Assembly: GCA_038087875.1 (NCBI GenBank) | Contig: CM075988.1 | Coordinates: 7,256,001-7,320,000 of the forward strand | Direction: 5' to 3' | DNA from: Malacoraja senta | Taxonomy: Eukaryota | Length of the DNA stretch: 64,000 nt | Part shown: positions 1-12,020 of the stretch, piece by piece | Position numbering within the stretch: position 1 is the first letter of the stretch | Layout: every line of letters starts with the position of its first letter | The notes under the pieces: model-generated | The model's input: only the letters and a program-made list of their open reading frames with translations | Told to the model about the DNA's origin: nothing | Database searches by the model: none | Made by a program: the position numbers and the translations under genes

Positions 1-677
1 CTGTGACCCTTTGTTCTGGACTCCCCCAACATCGGGAACAATCTTCCTGCATCTAGCCTGTCCAACCCCTTAAGAATTTTGTAAGTTTCTATAAGATCCC
101 CCCTCAATCTTCTAAATTCTAGCGAGTACAAGCCGAGTCTATCCAGTCTTTCTTCATATGAAAGTCCTGACATCCCAGGAATCAGTCTGGTGAACCTTCG
201 CTGTACTCCCTCAATGGCAAGAATGTATTTCCTCAGATTTGGAGACCAAAACTGTACGCAATACTCCAGGTGTGGTCTCACCAAGACCCTGTTGAACTGC
301 AGTAGAACCTCCCTGCTCCTATACTCAAATCCTTTTGCTATGAATGCTAACATACCATTCGCTTTCTTCACTGCCTGCTGCACCTGCATGTCTACTTTCA
401 ATGACTGGTGTACCATGACACCCAGGTCTCGTTGCATCTCCCCTTTTCCTAATCGGCCACCATTTAGATAATAGTCTACTTTCCTGTTTTTGCCACCAAA
501 GTGGATAACCTCACATTTATCCACATTATACTGCATCTGCCATGCATTTGCCCACTCACCCAGCCTATCCAAGTCACCTTGCAGCCTCCTAGCATCCTCC
601 TCACAGCTAACACTGCCCCCCAGCTTCGTGTCATCTGCAAACATGGAGATGTTGCATTCAATTCCCTCGTCCAAATC
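1..677 (-). mobile_element. CR1 LINE fragment (C-terminal RT region, 5'-truncated, runs off window start)
   Basis: Reverse complement closely matches the CR1 ORF2 at about 22760-23420 (ADDTKLGG, WQMQYNVDKC, LVRPHLEY). Confidence 0.92.
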
Positions 678-1100
678 TTAAATCTATGCCCTCTAGTCTT
701 TTGCCATGTCCACCTTTGGAAAAAGGTTCTGAATGTCTATTCACTCTATACCACTCATAATTTTATATACTTCTATCGGGTCTTCCCTTTAACCTTTAGC
801 ATTCCAAAGAAAACAATCTTTGTAGACACTGTGTTATCTGAATAATCTCAAGCCTATTTAGAAATTAATTAATTTTAATACTTTAAAAATGAATAAGCTA
901 TATGAAAACACTAGTTACATTAATATGATTAAGAATGACCCCATAGCAGAAGCGTCCACGTCGCGGGGCTGGAAACTGGAAGTATCCTGAGCTAATTCTG
1001 GTACCACCATCATCTATTGCGACAAGTGATGGCTTCCACTGATCATTGCGGAAGCTTGCATCCTTTTCAGGACAGACGATGACAGCGAGGTCAACATTTG

Positions 1101-1305
1101 TGTAGATGACATGTGCATGTACCTTTAACATAGTGACCTCACCACTACTAACCACTCCCCACATCACTAGTATAATTACAACCTTCCCACCCAGTGCTCT
1201 CCCTCTCTGGTTCCGGTGACAGACCACGAACAGCTAGGGCAGTAAAGTATGTGTATCATGAATAAACAGTAGTAAAGACACAGTGTGTTATGACTCCTCT
1301 TTACA
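1101..1305 (+). repeat. 5' LTR of Gypsy element 1
   Basis: TGTAGA...TTACA, AATAAA at 1261; one mismatch seen versus the 3' LTR. Confidence 0.97.
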
Positions 1306-1396
1306 TGGTGTCAGCATCGTACCTTTGCGCCTCCAGTTTATCGGGTTTTCTTTCCTTTGACCCGTTTCCCCATTGTGTTTTTTTATTTCCCGTGCC

Positions 1397-2281
1397 ATGG
1401 CTACTTCTTGCCGTAAACCCGATATGCTTGTCTTCGACTCGGACATTGCCCATCGGTGGGGTGTCTTTAGACATGACTTCCAACACTACGTCACGATCGC
1501 CCATCCTGCTGCCACCCGTGCTACACGGGCTTCTCTGCTTCTCAACCTGGCTGGTCCTGATGCCCTGGAACGGGCTGAGTCGTTTGTCTATGGTGCAGGT
1601 GAAGATGCTCGGGACCCGGTATGTCTTATGGCTAAGTTTACAGCAATGTGCGACATCCCCACTAACTGCATTCTAGAGCGTTTTAAAATGTTCACCCGGC
1701 GTCAGATCCCTGGAGAGTCAATCGATAACTATATCGCCGCATTGTGTCACCTGGCCAGGCGTTGCAGCCTGGACACGCTGACCCCCGATCAACTGACCCG
1801 GGACATTTTAGTGTATGGTCATCAAGATGAAAAACTAAGGGCTGAACTTCTGCAGACGCACGACCTGTCTTTAGCCGAGGCTCTGCACGCCTCCCGCATG
1901 GCTGAGGCTGTCGCCTCGGCGGTGTCGTCTGCTGACCATGACATTAACTTTGCCAGTGTTGCTGGCCGCCGGCGGAACGTTGGCCCGCAATGGCAACGGG
2001 GGTCCCCTGCACCCGGGGGTAGCAGCCCACAGAGATGCCCCAACTGCAACTTTACCTCCCATCAGTCTAATGTGTGCCCTGCACTGGGAAAAACGTGCAA
2101 CTTTTGCTGGAAATTGAACCATTTCTCTGCCGCCTGTCGCTCCCGTGGGAAGCCAATTCCTGCTCCTCGCCGAATGTTAAACAACCTTCACAGTTCCAGC
2201 CTGATGAACTCCCTTTGTCCGATACAAGATCCTCCCAGGGGGAGACCAGCATATTTTCGGTGTTGGATGCACCTGCACTGA
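1397..2281 (+). pseudogene. gag: Gypsy gag with two zinc-knuckle-like motifs
   Basis: MATSCRKPD...; CPNCNFTSHQSNVC and CNFCWKLNHFSAAC; homologous to the gag remnant of the element at 52938-57549. Confidence 0.88.
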
Positions 2282-5175
2282 TAACGGACCCTTCGGTTCG
2301 CGTTACTGTCAACGGCTCGACCTTCACCGCCAAACTCGACACGGGGGCCGTGACCAATGTAATGTCAATAAGCCTCTTCAAGAAGATAAGGACTGATGAG
2401 AAAGTTACTCCCGATAACCCCCTGTTGCATGCCTACGGGGGAAGCGTGCTCGTTCCGGTGGGGAGGGCTACCCTGCACTGCAAGGTACTGCATGCCTCTC
2501 GGCCCCTCACTTTTTATCTACTGGATACTAACAACATCACCCTGTTGCGTGCCCGGGCGTGCCAGGACCTCGGCTTGGTCTCTTTCCACCGTGATATCCA
2601 CCAGGTGCGGACCCTTATGGACCCCCTGCGCGAATATCCTGACCGTTTTGATGACAAGCTGGGCAAGCTGCCCTGCAGCTACAAGATCGTTGTCGACCTC
2701 GGTGTTGAACCTATGATCCGTCCACCACACCATGTCTCCTTCGCCATGAAGGACAAGGTGGAGTTAACGCTGCTCAACATGGTTACCATGGGCATCCTGA
2801 AGGAGGTGAGCGAACCCACCGGGTGGGTCTCAACCATGGTTGTTGCTGCGAAAAAGGACAAAAGTGAAATTCGCATTTGCATCAACCCCAAAGACCTGAA
2901 CCTTGCCATCAGACGCCCTCATTACCCCATGCGAACAGTGGAGGACGTCACTGCACAGGTTGGCCCGGCAACTGTCTTCTCGGTTCTCGATGCCAAGAGC
3001 TCCTTCTGGCAGATACCGCTGGACGAGCGGTCCTCCTACCTGACTACCTTCAGCACGCCCTTCGGCAGGTTCCGATTCCTCCGCATGCCATTCGGGATCA
3101 CCTCTGCCAGCGAGGTCTTCCAGCGGACGATGGAGCAGCTGTTCGCCGGTCTGCCGTGTGCCATCATCGTTGCCGACATCCTGGTCTACGGTAAGGACGT
3201 TGCTGAGCACGATCTCCACCTCCGTCAAGTCCTGGACCGGGCCCGTGAAATCAACCTCACACTAAACCCAAAGAAGTGCCGTCCCGGAGGTCACCTATGT
3301 GGGCCACGTCTTTACCGCATCGGGGCTGAAGCCTGACCCGCAGAAGACGGCTGCGGTCTCCGGGATGTCTTCGCCCACCGACGTGCCCAGCCTGCAGCGT
3401 TTCCTGGGCATGGTTAATTACTTGGGGAAGTTCATCCCCGACCTCAGCGCCCCTGAGGGAGTTGATCAAGATGGACACTGCCTGGGCCTGGTTCCCGCAT
3501 CACCAGAAAGCTTTTGACATTCTGAAGTCCAGGCTGGCCAGTACCCCCACTCTCCAATTCTTCGATCTGCAGCATCCCATTGTTCTTACCTGCGACGCCT
3601 CCAAGTTCGGTCTTGGTGCTGCTTGCCTGCAGCTCCACGACGGCCTGCAGCTGCCTGTTTCCTACGCGTCCCGCACCATGACCCCTGCCGAGCAGCGCTA
3701 TGCTCAGATAGAGAAGGAGCTGCTTGCTGTGGTGTTTGCCTGCTCCAAGTTCAACGACTATATTCTGGGCAACAGCTTCACGATCGAGACCGACCATCAG
3801 CCGCTGGTCTCTATCCTCAACAAGCCGATCCACGTTGCCTCGTCCCGTTTGCAGCGCATGATGCTGCAGCTCCAGCGTTTTACGTTCAAAATTGTATATC
3901 GCAAGGGCAAGGACATGTTCGTGGCCGACACGCTGTCCCGCGCACCGCTAACGTCCACCGATCGCCATCCATATGAATCGTCTGACCTGATGGTGCTTAA
4001 CGTCAACATTGTGCCTTCCCAGCAGATGCAGTCCCTGGTCAGCAACACTGCCAAGGATCCTGCAGGTCATCAGGCAGGGCTGGCCAGACCGTCGTTCATC
4101 CTTGCCGCCTGGAGTCGTGCCCCACTTCCTGGTCCGTGACGAGCTCGTGCTGCACGACGGCGTGGTCGTGAAGGGACACAAGGTCGTTGTGCCTGCTGCC
4201 CTGCGGGACCAATACTTTCAGACCGCCCACCGCGGTCATCCTGGGGCCGAAGCCACCCTGTCTCAGGCCCAGAGTTTGTTCTACTGGCCCAGCATAGCCC
4301 AAGACATCCAGGAGAGGGTCTCCGCTTGCTCTGCCTGCAATAGCCTCGCTCCCCATCAGCAACGGCAGCCGTTTCTGCAACAGCCTGCCCCCGAGCTGCC
4401 CTGGATGACCGTCGCCGCTGACATTTTTGAGTGGCGTGGCAAGCATTTCCTGGTTCTTGTGGACTCGTACTCCAGCTGGTTCGAGGTTGACCAGCTGCAC
4501 TCCCTCACCTCTTTGGCTGTTATCGGGAGGCTGCGCCGCCACTTCAGAACCTTTGGCATCCCGGCAAGTCTTCAATCGGACAACGGCAGTCAGTTCTCGA
4601 GTGCCGAATTTCGGAGATTCGCTGCCAGCTGGAACTTCCGACACTATACCAGCAGCCCAGAGTACCCTCAAAGCAACGGCTTGGCAGAGCGCGCTGTCCG
4701 CAGTGCTAAGGACTTGCTGGAACATTGTAGACTGTCCCATTCTGACTTTTACCTGGCCCTCCTCAACCTTCGAAACATTTGCCGCGACACTGCCCTGGGC
4801 TCCCCAGCACAACGGCTGATGTCTCGCACTACGAGACCTCCGATCCCGGTGACCCAGCGGTCCCTCGTGCCCGCTGCTGTCCATCTGCGGCTTGTTAACG
4901 AGCCCCCACTGCCGCCTGCAGACCCCTTTTCCCCCCCACTGTCTGCCACGTTGCCTGCCCCTCCAGCCAGTCCTCCCTCGCCTGCCCATCTTCCCACTTC
5001 TGCTCCTGCTTCCCCTGCTCCGTCTCCGTTTTCTCTTTCTCCTCCCGATTCCCCGGTTCTCTCACCCGCGCCTGCTCCTACTCATGTTCCTCCTGCAGAG
5101 GGGGGAGATGGCGAGCTGCGTACCCGGTCCGGGTGGGTGGTCAGGCCACCTGTCCGTTATGGTGATTTTGCTTAA
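2200..5175 (+). pseudogene. pol: Gypsy pol (protease, RT, RNase H, integrase), frameshifted
   Basis: LDTGA protease; RMPFGI and IIVADILVY in RT; CDASKFGLGA and EKELLAV in RNase H; HRGHPG...CSAC, SDNGSQF and SNGLAERAV in integrase. Split across ORFs 2074-3336, 3299-3517, 3462-4139 and 4009-5175. Confidence 0.95.
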
Positions 5176-5256
5176 CTGTTTGCTCACCTACTCGTAGCGT
5201 ATGAGACGTGGTCGCCCTGTCACTACGGTATTGCTTTTTATTTCCAAGGGGAAGGA

Positions 5257-5461
5257 TGTAGATGACATGTGCATGTACCTTTAACATAGTGACCTCACCA
5301 CTACTAACCACTCCCCACATCACTAGTATAATTACAACCTTCCCACCCAGTGCTCTCCCTCTCTGGTTCCGGTGACAGACCACGAACAGCTAGGGCAGTA
5401 AAGTATGTGTATCATGAATAAACAGTAGTAAAGACACAGTGTGTTATAACTCCTCTTTACA
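5257..5461 (+). repeat. 3' LTR of Gypsy element 1
   Basis: Direct repeat of 1101-1305, preceded by the PPT. Confidence 0.97.
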
Positions 5462-5964
5462 ATTTGTAACAAGATGGACACGAAAGGAAGAAGAAGACGA
5501 AGATGATTAAGAATCAAATGTTAAGTATAGAAACTTACAGCAAAACGCCATTAGACCCAATAAACTCACACTAACTGAATCAGCGTTGGTCAATCGTGCG
5601 GGGGGGTGAACTCTCATCGCCCCCCCCCCCCCACGTTGGGGGACGGGACCCAAGGAGTTTAGTTTCTATTATTTGTCCATACATTTATGTTTTTAAGTTG
5701 GTATTGGGGGATTAAAAGTCTTCAAAATAATTCTTTGCAAACAATTGTGTCAAAGCGAGGAGGCAAATTAACTGTTTTTCATGGTAATATCAAAGTGAGT
5801 GTGAGGTATTTTGTAGTAATTTCCAAGTTTGCATTAGAAAACAATGCAAAAAGACTTGCGAGAACATGGGGAAAACCAGCATTTAGGTTTGTCAAACTGT
5901 CAAGACATTGTTTTTTTTATTTTATCTCTTTCTCAACCATCCAACCCCACCGTTTAATCTTTAC

Positions 5965-6042
5965 CTATCTCCATCCATCATTTTTCTGACATAATCATCT
6001 TCACCTTCAGCAAATTCTACTTAACCCCAATCATCTGGTTTC
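5965..6042 (-). other. Candidate exon of a minus-strand host gene (possible start MMDGD)
   Basis: Minus strand reads ttcttccttgtgaatcttcaag|GAAACC...ATGATGGATGGAGATAG|gtaaag, in apparently unique sequence. Confidence 0.3.
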
Positions 6043-6697
6043 CTTGAAGATTCACAAGGAAGAACATTGCAATTTTGTTGTGTAAAATAACCTATTGTGA
6101 ATAACCTGCCATTATATGCTCCACAGACTTCCTTTAGGCATGAATAAAAAGTAGCTGTCCTGCTATTGTCCAGTTACATGTCAAGAATTTCACCCGTAAT
6201 TGCTCTCTCAATCCCTCATTGAGTCAGCGCGGAGCTGCTCAACTATTCCTGCCGTTTGCAACAATATTTGAATAATGTTTTCATTCTATTTAGGATTTAT
6301 TGTTTTTTTAAATAATGGTTCCATCTGTACTGCTTCTTTCTCTTGCCCTTACTTAGATTAACATTAATTAATTTTGATCCCTTACATTGCTCAGACTGCC
6401 TGAGGGCTTGACTCCTCAGTTACTACATGTCTAATGACTCACAACTGCACCTCTACTATTCTGATTTAAAGTATCTCCATCACCATTGCATCTGTAATGC
6501 TGATGTCAACTCTCACACCTTACTTATTTTTAAACTATGCAGCCTTTACCCTACAACATGCGTTATCAGCTGTATTTCCTCTTGCTTCAACTTAATCTCA
6601 CACCCCAACCCCAGTAACTTTGCCAATTTTCTTCCACCACCGAATACATTCCCTCCAACCCCAAATCTGTCGATTTACAGAAACCCCCACAGGATAT

Positions 6698-7646
6698 CAA
6701 TAGACAATAGGTGCAGGAGTAGGCCATTTGGCCCTTCGAGCCAGCACCGCCATTTAATGTGATCATGGCTGATCATCCCCAATCAGTACCCCGTTCCTGC
6801 CTTCTCCCCATATCCCTTGACTCCGCTATTTTTAAGAGCCCTATCTAGCTCTCTCTTGAAAGCATCCAGAGAACCTGCCTCCGCCGCCCTCTGAGGCAGA
6901 GAATTCCACAGACTCACCACTCTCTGTGAGAAGAAGTGTTTCCTCGTCTCCGTTCTAAATGGCTTACTCCTTATTCTTAAACTGTGGCCCCTGGTTCTAG
7001 ACACCCCCAACATCGGGAACATGTTTCTTGCCTCTAGTGTGTCCAAGCCCTTAACAATCTTCTATGTTTCCATGAGATGCCCTCTCATCCTTCTAAACTC
7101 CAGAGTGTACAAGCCCAGCTGCTCCATTCTCTCAGCATATGACAGTCCCGCCATCCCGGGAATTAACCTTGTAAACCTATGCTGCACTCCCTCAATAGCA
7201 AGAATGTCCTTCCTCAAATTAGAGGACCAAAACTGCACATAATACTCCAGGTGTGGTCTCACTAGGGCTCTGTACAACTGCAGAAGGACCTCTTTGCTCC
7301 TATATTCGATTCCTCTTGTTATGAAGGCCAACATGCCATTCGCTTTCTTCACTGCCTGCTGTACCTGCGTGCTTACTTTCATAGACTGATGTACAAGGAC
7401 CCCCAGATCCCATTGTACTTCCCCTTTTCCCAACTTGACGCCATTTAGATAGTAATCTGCCTTCCTATTTGTGCTACCAAAGTGGATAACCTCACATTTA
7501 TCCGCATTAAACTTCATCTGCCATGCATCTGCCCACTCCCCCAACCTGTCCAAGTCACCCTGCATTCCCATAGCATCCTCCTCACAGTTCACACTGCCAC
7601 CCAGCTTTGTGTCATCTGCAAATTTGCTAATGTTACTTTGAATCCT
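6698..7646 (-). mobile_element. CR1 LINE 3' fragment with 3' UTR and short tail
   Basis: ORF 7062-7784 contains ISKFADDTKLGG...LVRPHLEY; CR1 3' UTR and CTATTGTCTATTG tail. Confidence 0.93.
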
Positions 7647-7769
7647 TTTGTATCCTTTTAATATGTAATATCTGCGGGAGATTTCATATTTCATGTTGAT
7701 GATTCTCCATAGTGGAGCATTTGGCAGTAATTTCTTTATCTTCTTTAATACTAACAACAGCAGCAACAT

Positions 7770-9400
7770 TCCACTCAAGAACATCTGAGATGTCCTGTTT
7801 TTTCAGTAAATGTGTTTCCCCCTATGATATTGTGGATGGATTCTTCACCCGTGTCCCCTTGGTGTCTCCCAGTTCTGCTCTTGCCCCCCCCAGAGACAGA
7901 ACAAGGATAGAGTTCCCTTGGTCCTCATTTCACACTCTACCAGGTTCCACATCCAACACGTTTCCACCACCTTCATCATGTCCCCACCACCAGTCTGATT
8001 TTCCCCATCCCTGCTACTTTCAGCTTTCCATTTCCTCTGCAAATCCTTGGTTCACTCATCCCTTCTAACTCCACCCCCTCCCCAAGAACTTTCCTCTGCA
8101 ACCGTCGGAGACATAACATAACACCTGACCCTACACCTCGTCCCTCACTTCCATCCAGACACCAACAGACCTTCAAGGTGAGACAGGTTTCCATGCACCT
8201 CCTCAAACCTCATCTACTGCATTTGCTGCTCCTGGTGCGACCCACTTTACATTGGCGAGACCAAGCGTAGATTGGCAATCATTCCATCAAACACCAGTGC
8301 TCTGTATGCTAAGGCCTACTGGGTCTGCTGATTGCTAAAGGCTCTGTCTTACCTGTTTGCGGTCATCGGCGGTGAAGCACGGCGTCGCCGGTAGCGGGGA
8401 CCGCGCGGCAACGGCGAGAGCGGCGAGCCTATCCACCGGAGCGCCGCACGGATGCTGCGCGGGGGCCGAGTAATTCAAACACGGCGGGTCCCACGTGCTT
8501 GCGGTAAGTAAAAAAAAGGGCGGGCCGACTGCGATGACGTCGGCCCGCCGCACGTGACTGACGAGCGGCGGCTGTGGCGGCGGCCATCCTGATCGCGGCG
8601 CTGTAGCGGTGGCTGTGCCTGCGGCCGTGCAGCACACGTGCCTCACTGGCGGCGGCACGTGCCTCACTGGCGGCGGCACGTGCCTCACTGGCGGAGGCTG
8701 TGGCAGTGGAGGTTTGACGCACGGCGCTCGAGCCACACTGGCGGCGGCCCGTGCGGGCGGCCGTGCCGCACTCGTGCATCACTGGTGGAGGTTGTGCGGT
8801 GAGTATATAGTTTTTGACATTGTCGATTTTATTTTAGCACCGTGCAGTGTTGGGAACACCGCCGCACGGCCCCGGAATTGTACGTTCTCACGAGTGCGCG
8901 GTCTATGGCGGCAGATTCTTCCCGTTTCGCCGCCAATGACCGCAGACTCGTGAGACAGGCCTTTATCTATTTAAACTCCCATTTCCATTCCGAGCTTTCT
9001 GTCCTGTGTTTCCTACTTGCCAAATTGAAGCTACTCTCAAATTGGACAGTATTTCATATTCCACCTACGTAGCTTACAACGATACGAACATTGAATTCTT
9101 CAATTCCACTGCACTCGCTATTGCCTGTGCCCTCCACCCACTCCCTTCCCCACAGGGCACACTAATTTCTCCCACTATTCCATGCCAACTACCCCCATTA
9201 TCCCTCCCTCTGCTTTACATTTCACACCTTGTCTCTCTGTATCTGACACCTTTTTGAGGAAGGGTGCCAGTCCGAAAAGTCACCTATCCATTTTCTCCAG
9301 GGATGCCGCCTGACCCCACTGAGTTACTCCAGCATTTCGTATCTCTCCTTGGAGCCAGCATCAGCAGTTCCTTATTTCTGCCCTTTTGTCTCCTTTTCAT
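7770..9400 (+). mobile_element. Decayed Penelope-like element (GIY-YIG region and terminal repeat), interrupted by a MITE
   Basis: RTSEMSCFF, DRVPLVL, and NLIYCICCSWCDPLYIGETKRRL (GIY-YIG-type); homology resumes after 8963; terminal repeat near 9255-9340. Confidence 0.82.
8338..8963. mobile_element. GC-rich PIF/Harbinger-type MITE
   Basis: Imperfect TIRs AAGGCTCTGTCTTAC / GTGAGACAGGCCTT, similar to the Harbinger TIRs at 46576/48420; subterminal inverted repeats GCGGTCATCGGCGGTGAA / TTCGCCGCCAATGACCGC. Confidence 0.75.
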
Positions 9401-9449
9401 CTCCAGCCTTTGCCCACCCATCTGCAAAGTAAACTATCATTGCTTGTGA

Positions 9450-10000
9450 TAAAAAGGAACTGCAGATTCTGGTTAAAACAAAAGATAGACACAAAATGCT
9501 GGAGACATTCAGCGAGTCAGGCATCATCTCTGGAGAAAATGGATAGTCTGACCTGCTGAGTTACTCCAGCATTTTGTCCCGCCTCTCTTCCACCTTTCTC
9601 CCCCGACTACAATCAGTCCGACGAAGCATCCCAACCCATAAAGACACATATCCATGCTGATATCCAAACATTGTAAATGGCTCGATTGTAATCAATCAAT
9701 CCTGTACTGTCTTTCTGCTGACTGGTCTGGATAGCACGAAACAAAAGCTTTTAACGATTCTTCGGTAGACGTGACAACAAACTAAGCCAACTAAACTAAA
9801 TCCACGTCTGGGATGCTGCCTGGCCTGCTGTGTTAATCCAACATTCACAAGGTGGACATGCGGTAGTAAAGGGTGACCGGGCCGGCCTGACACTGTGATA
9901 CATGTGTAGGAAGGAACTGAAGATGCTGGTTTACATCGAACGTCACCCATTCCTTCTCTCTGGAGATGCTGCCGGTCCCGCTGAACTACTCTGTGAACGC
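9450..10000. repeat. Cluster of short Penelope-terminal-repeat derivatives and a Rex-like LINE tail
   Basis: Recurring GGAACTGCAGATGCTGG / GCTGAGTTACTCCAGC motifs in both orientations; (CTAAA)-type tail near 9781-9800. Confidence 0.6.
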
Positions 10001-10049
10001 CGGGCCGTTCCTCATCATCCCCAATACTTGTTATTCCTACAACTTCATA

Positions 10050-10215
10050 CACCGTCCATCGCGGTTGCTCACCTGATCCGCTGCCCCGGCACCTCAGCCC
10101 TAGCAACGCGCAGCCCGCGCCGCCAAGTAAACGCTGCTGCTATTGGCCAATGCAGCGCCGCGACCAATCAGAGGCACCGTCGTTGGCAGGTTCGGAAACG
10201 CTTAGCGACGGTGGA
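10050..10215. promoter_or_regulatory. Candidate bidirectional CpG-rich promoter (NF-Y CCAAT boxes, RFX X-box half-sites)
   Basis: ATTGGCCAAT 10142-10151, CCAATCAG 10164, CCTAGCAAC 10099-10107, GCTTAGCGAC 10200-10209; minus-strand donor CAG|GTGAGC at 10073/10072 and plus-strand donor GAG|GTGAGT at 10567/10568. Confidence 0.65.
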
Positions 10216-10567
10216 GTGTGTGTGAGGGGAGGCTATGTAAAGTGTGTGTGAGGGGAGTCTGTGTGAGGGCCGTGTGTGTGAGGAGGGCGTGTGTGTGCAG
10301 AGCGTTTGTGTAAAGTGTGTGTGTGTATGAGGGAGTGTGTGTGAGGGGCGTGTGTGTGAGGGGAGCGTGTGTGTGTGGGGAGCGTGTGTGTGTGTGTGAG
10401 GGGAGCGTGTGTGTGTGTGAGGAGCGTGTGTGTGTGTGAGGAGCGTGTGTGTGTGTGAGGAGCGTGTGTGTGTGTGAGGGGAGCGTGTGTGTGAGGGGAG
10501 CGTGTGTGTGTGTGAGGGGAGCGTGTGTGTGTGTGAGGGGAGCGTGTGTGTGGGGAGCGTGTGTGAG
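10215..10567 (+). repeat. Compound minisatellite GAGG(GG)AGC(GT)n
   Basis: Directly visible tandem units with variable GT tract length. Confidence 0.95.
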
Positions 10568-12020
10568 GTGAGTGTCTGATCAGTTTGATGGGAGCCTGAC
10601 GGTCTGAGGCAAGTCTGAAGGCCATCATTCTGAGGGGAGCCTGAGCCTCCTTCCCCCCCCCCCCCTCCCTCCCTCCCTCCCTCTGGCTTTACATTTCACT
10701 CCTCTCCTTACCTGACACACTTGAGGAAGTCTGAGGTAGGGTCCCAAACCGAAAAATCTCCTATCCATGTTCTCCAGGGATGCTGCCTGACCTGCTGAGT
10801 TGCTCCAGCATTTGTGTCTCTCCTTGGGCGTCTGAGGGGAGAGACGACAAGAAACACCGAGTCTCTGGTGTGACCCGACATACATTGTCTGCTAATGTTC
10901 ACCGTGACATCAAATGCCACAAATGTATACAAAATAACGTAATATCTAGTTTGTAGGATGACTTGCTTCCAGTCTGGATGCAGCGTTTCGACCTGAAATG
11001 TCGACCACCCCGTTCCCTCCACAGATGGTGCTCGACCACAGAAATTTCTTCAATAACTTTTACTCCAAATCCTAGCATCTGTGGTCTCTTGTGACTTCTT
11101 CTTGCTTCCAACCCTGTTCTGAGGGTTTGGAAGTGAGAGGCTCATGTGGGAATGGCAGACTCTGCCACAGTTGGGCAGGAGGCAGTGGCGAGTTGGTTGG
11201 GGATGAGGTGATTGATAATTTTGTGATCATAAGACTTTTCTGCCTTTAATGCTGGATTTTGATATGCTCCCAATACACGGAGTGAATGTTCTCAGTGTCA
11301 TACAAGGTTTAAGTATATTTTTGTCACCTGTACTGAGGTAAAGTGAAAATATTTGGTTTGCATGGTATCCCGTTAAATTAGATAATACTACACAAGTGTA
11401 ATCAAGCCAAACACAAGTGCAATCGGTAATGTGAGTTGTCACCGCTGGCGATGCAAATCATGATAGGGCAACAGTTCTAGAGACAAAGTACAATGTCCAC
11501 AAAGAGGTAGAGGAGACTTGGACTGCTTCCTTGCCTATGTGAGGACCATAACAGAAGGGAAGAAGCTGTTTTGGGAGTCTGGTCTGAGTGAGGGTCAGAG
11601 CTACATCCACAACTGTGCAATTTCTTGTGGTCTTGGGCAGAGTTCTCAAACTAAGATGTGATGCAACCCAACAATATGTGTTTTATGGTGCATTTGTAGA
11701 AGTTTGTAAGAGTAATTGGAGACATGCCTAATTTCCTTAGTCTCCTGAAGAAATAAAGGTGTTGGTGTGCCCTTCTTGGCTGTTACTTCAGTGCAGTTGA
11801 TTATTGGTAATGTTTACACCAAGGAACGAAGCTCTCACCCATTTCCACTTCGGCACCATTAATGCTGATTGTGGCATGGACTCCTGAAACCGATAAATAG
11901 CTCCTTCATCTTACTGACATTGAGGGAGAGGTTGTTGTCCTGACATCATGTTACTAAGTTCTCTATCTCCTTTCGGTACTCTGGCTCAGCATCGTTTATG
12001 CTCGTCATTCAGCCCACCAC

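Larger units (their letters stand above)
1101..5461 (+). mobile_element. Full-length Gypsy (Ty3, Mag-like) LTR retrotransposon, defective
   Basis: 205-bp TG...CA LTRs at 1101-1305 and 5257-5461; TSD ATTTG at 1096-1100 and 5462-5466; PBS TGGTGTCAG at 1306; PPT AAGGGGAAGGA at 5246-5256; domain order gag-PR-RT-RH-IN. Confidence 0.97.
898..5662 (+). mobile_element. Possible non-autonomous Helitron-like element hosting the Gypsy provirus
   Basis: Begins CTATAT and ends GGGACCCAAGGAGTTTAG|T, resembling degenerate Helitron ends (TC...hairpin-CTAG). The hairpin is incomplete. Confidence 0.25.

Noticed and set aside
190..845. Plus-strand ORFs such as MPPKWITSHLSTLYCICH
   Set aside because: Antisense shadow frames of the CR1 RT.
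8335..8953. Pro/Ala/Gly-rich ORFs with repeated heptapeptides
   Set aside because: Produced by a GC-rich MITE and its 21-bp tandem repeat.
10233..10628. His/Thr-rich 131-aa ORF
   Set aside because: Translation of the GT minisatellite.
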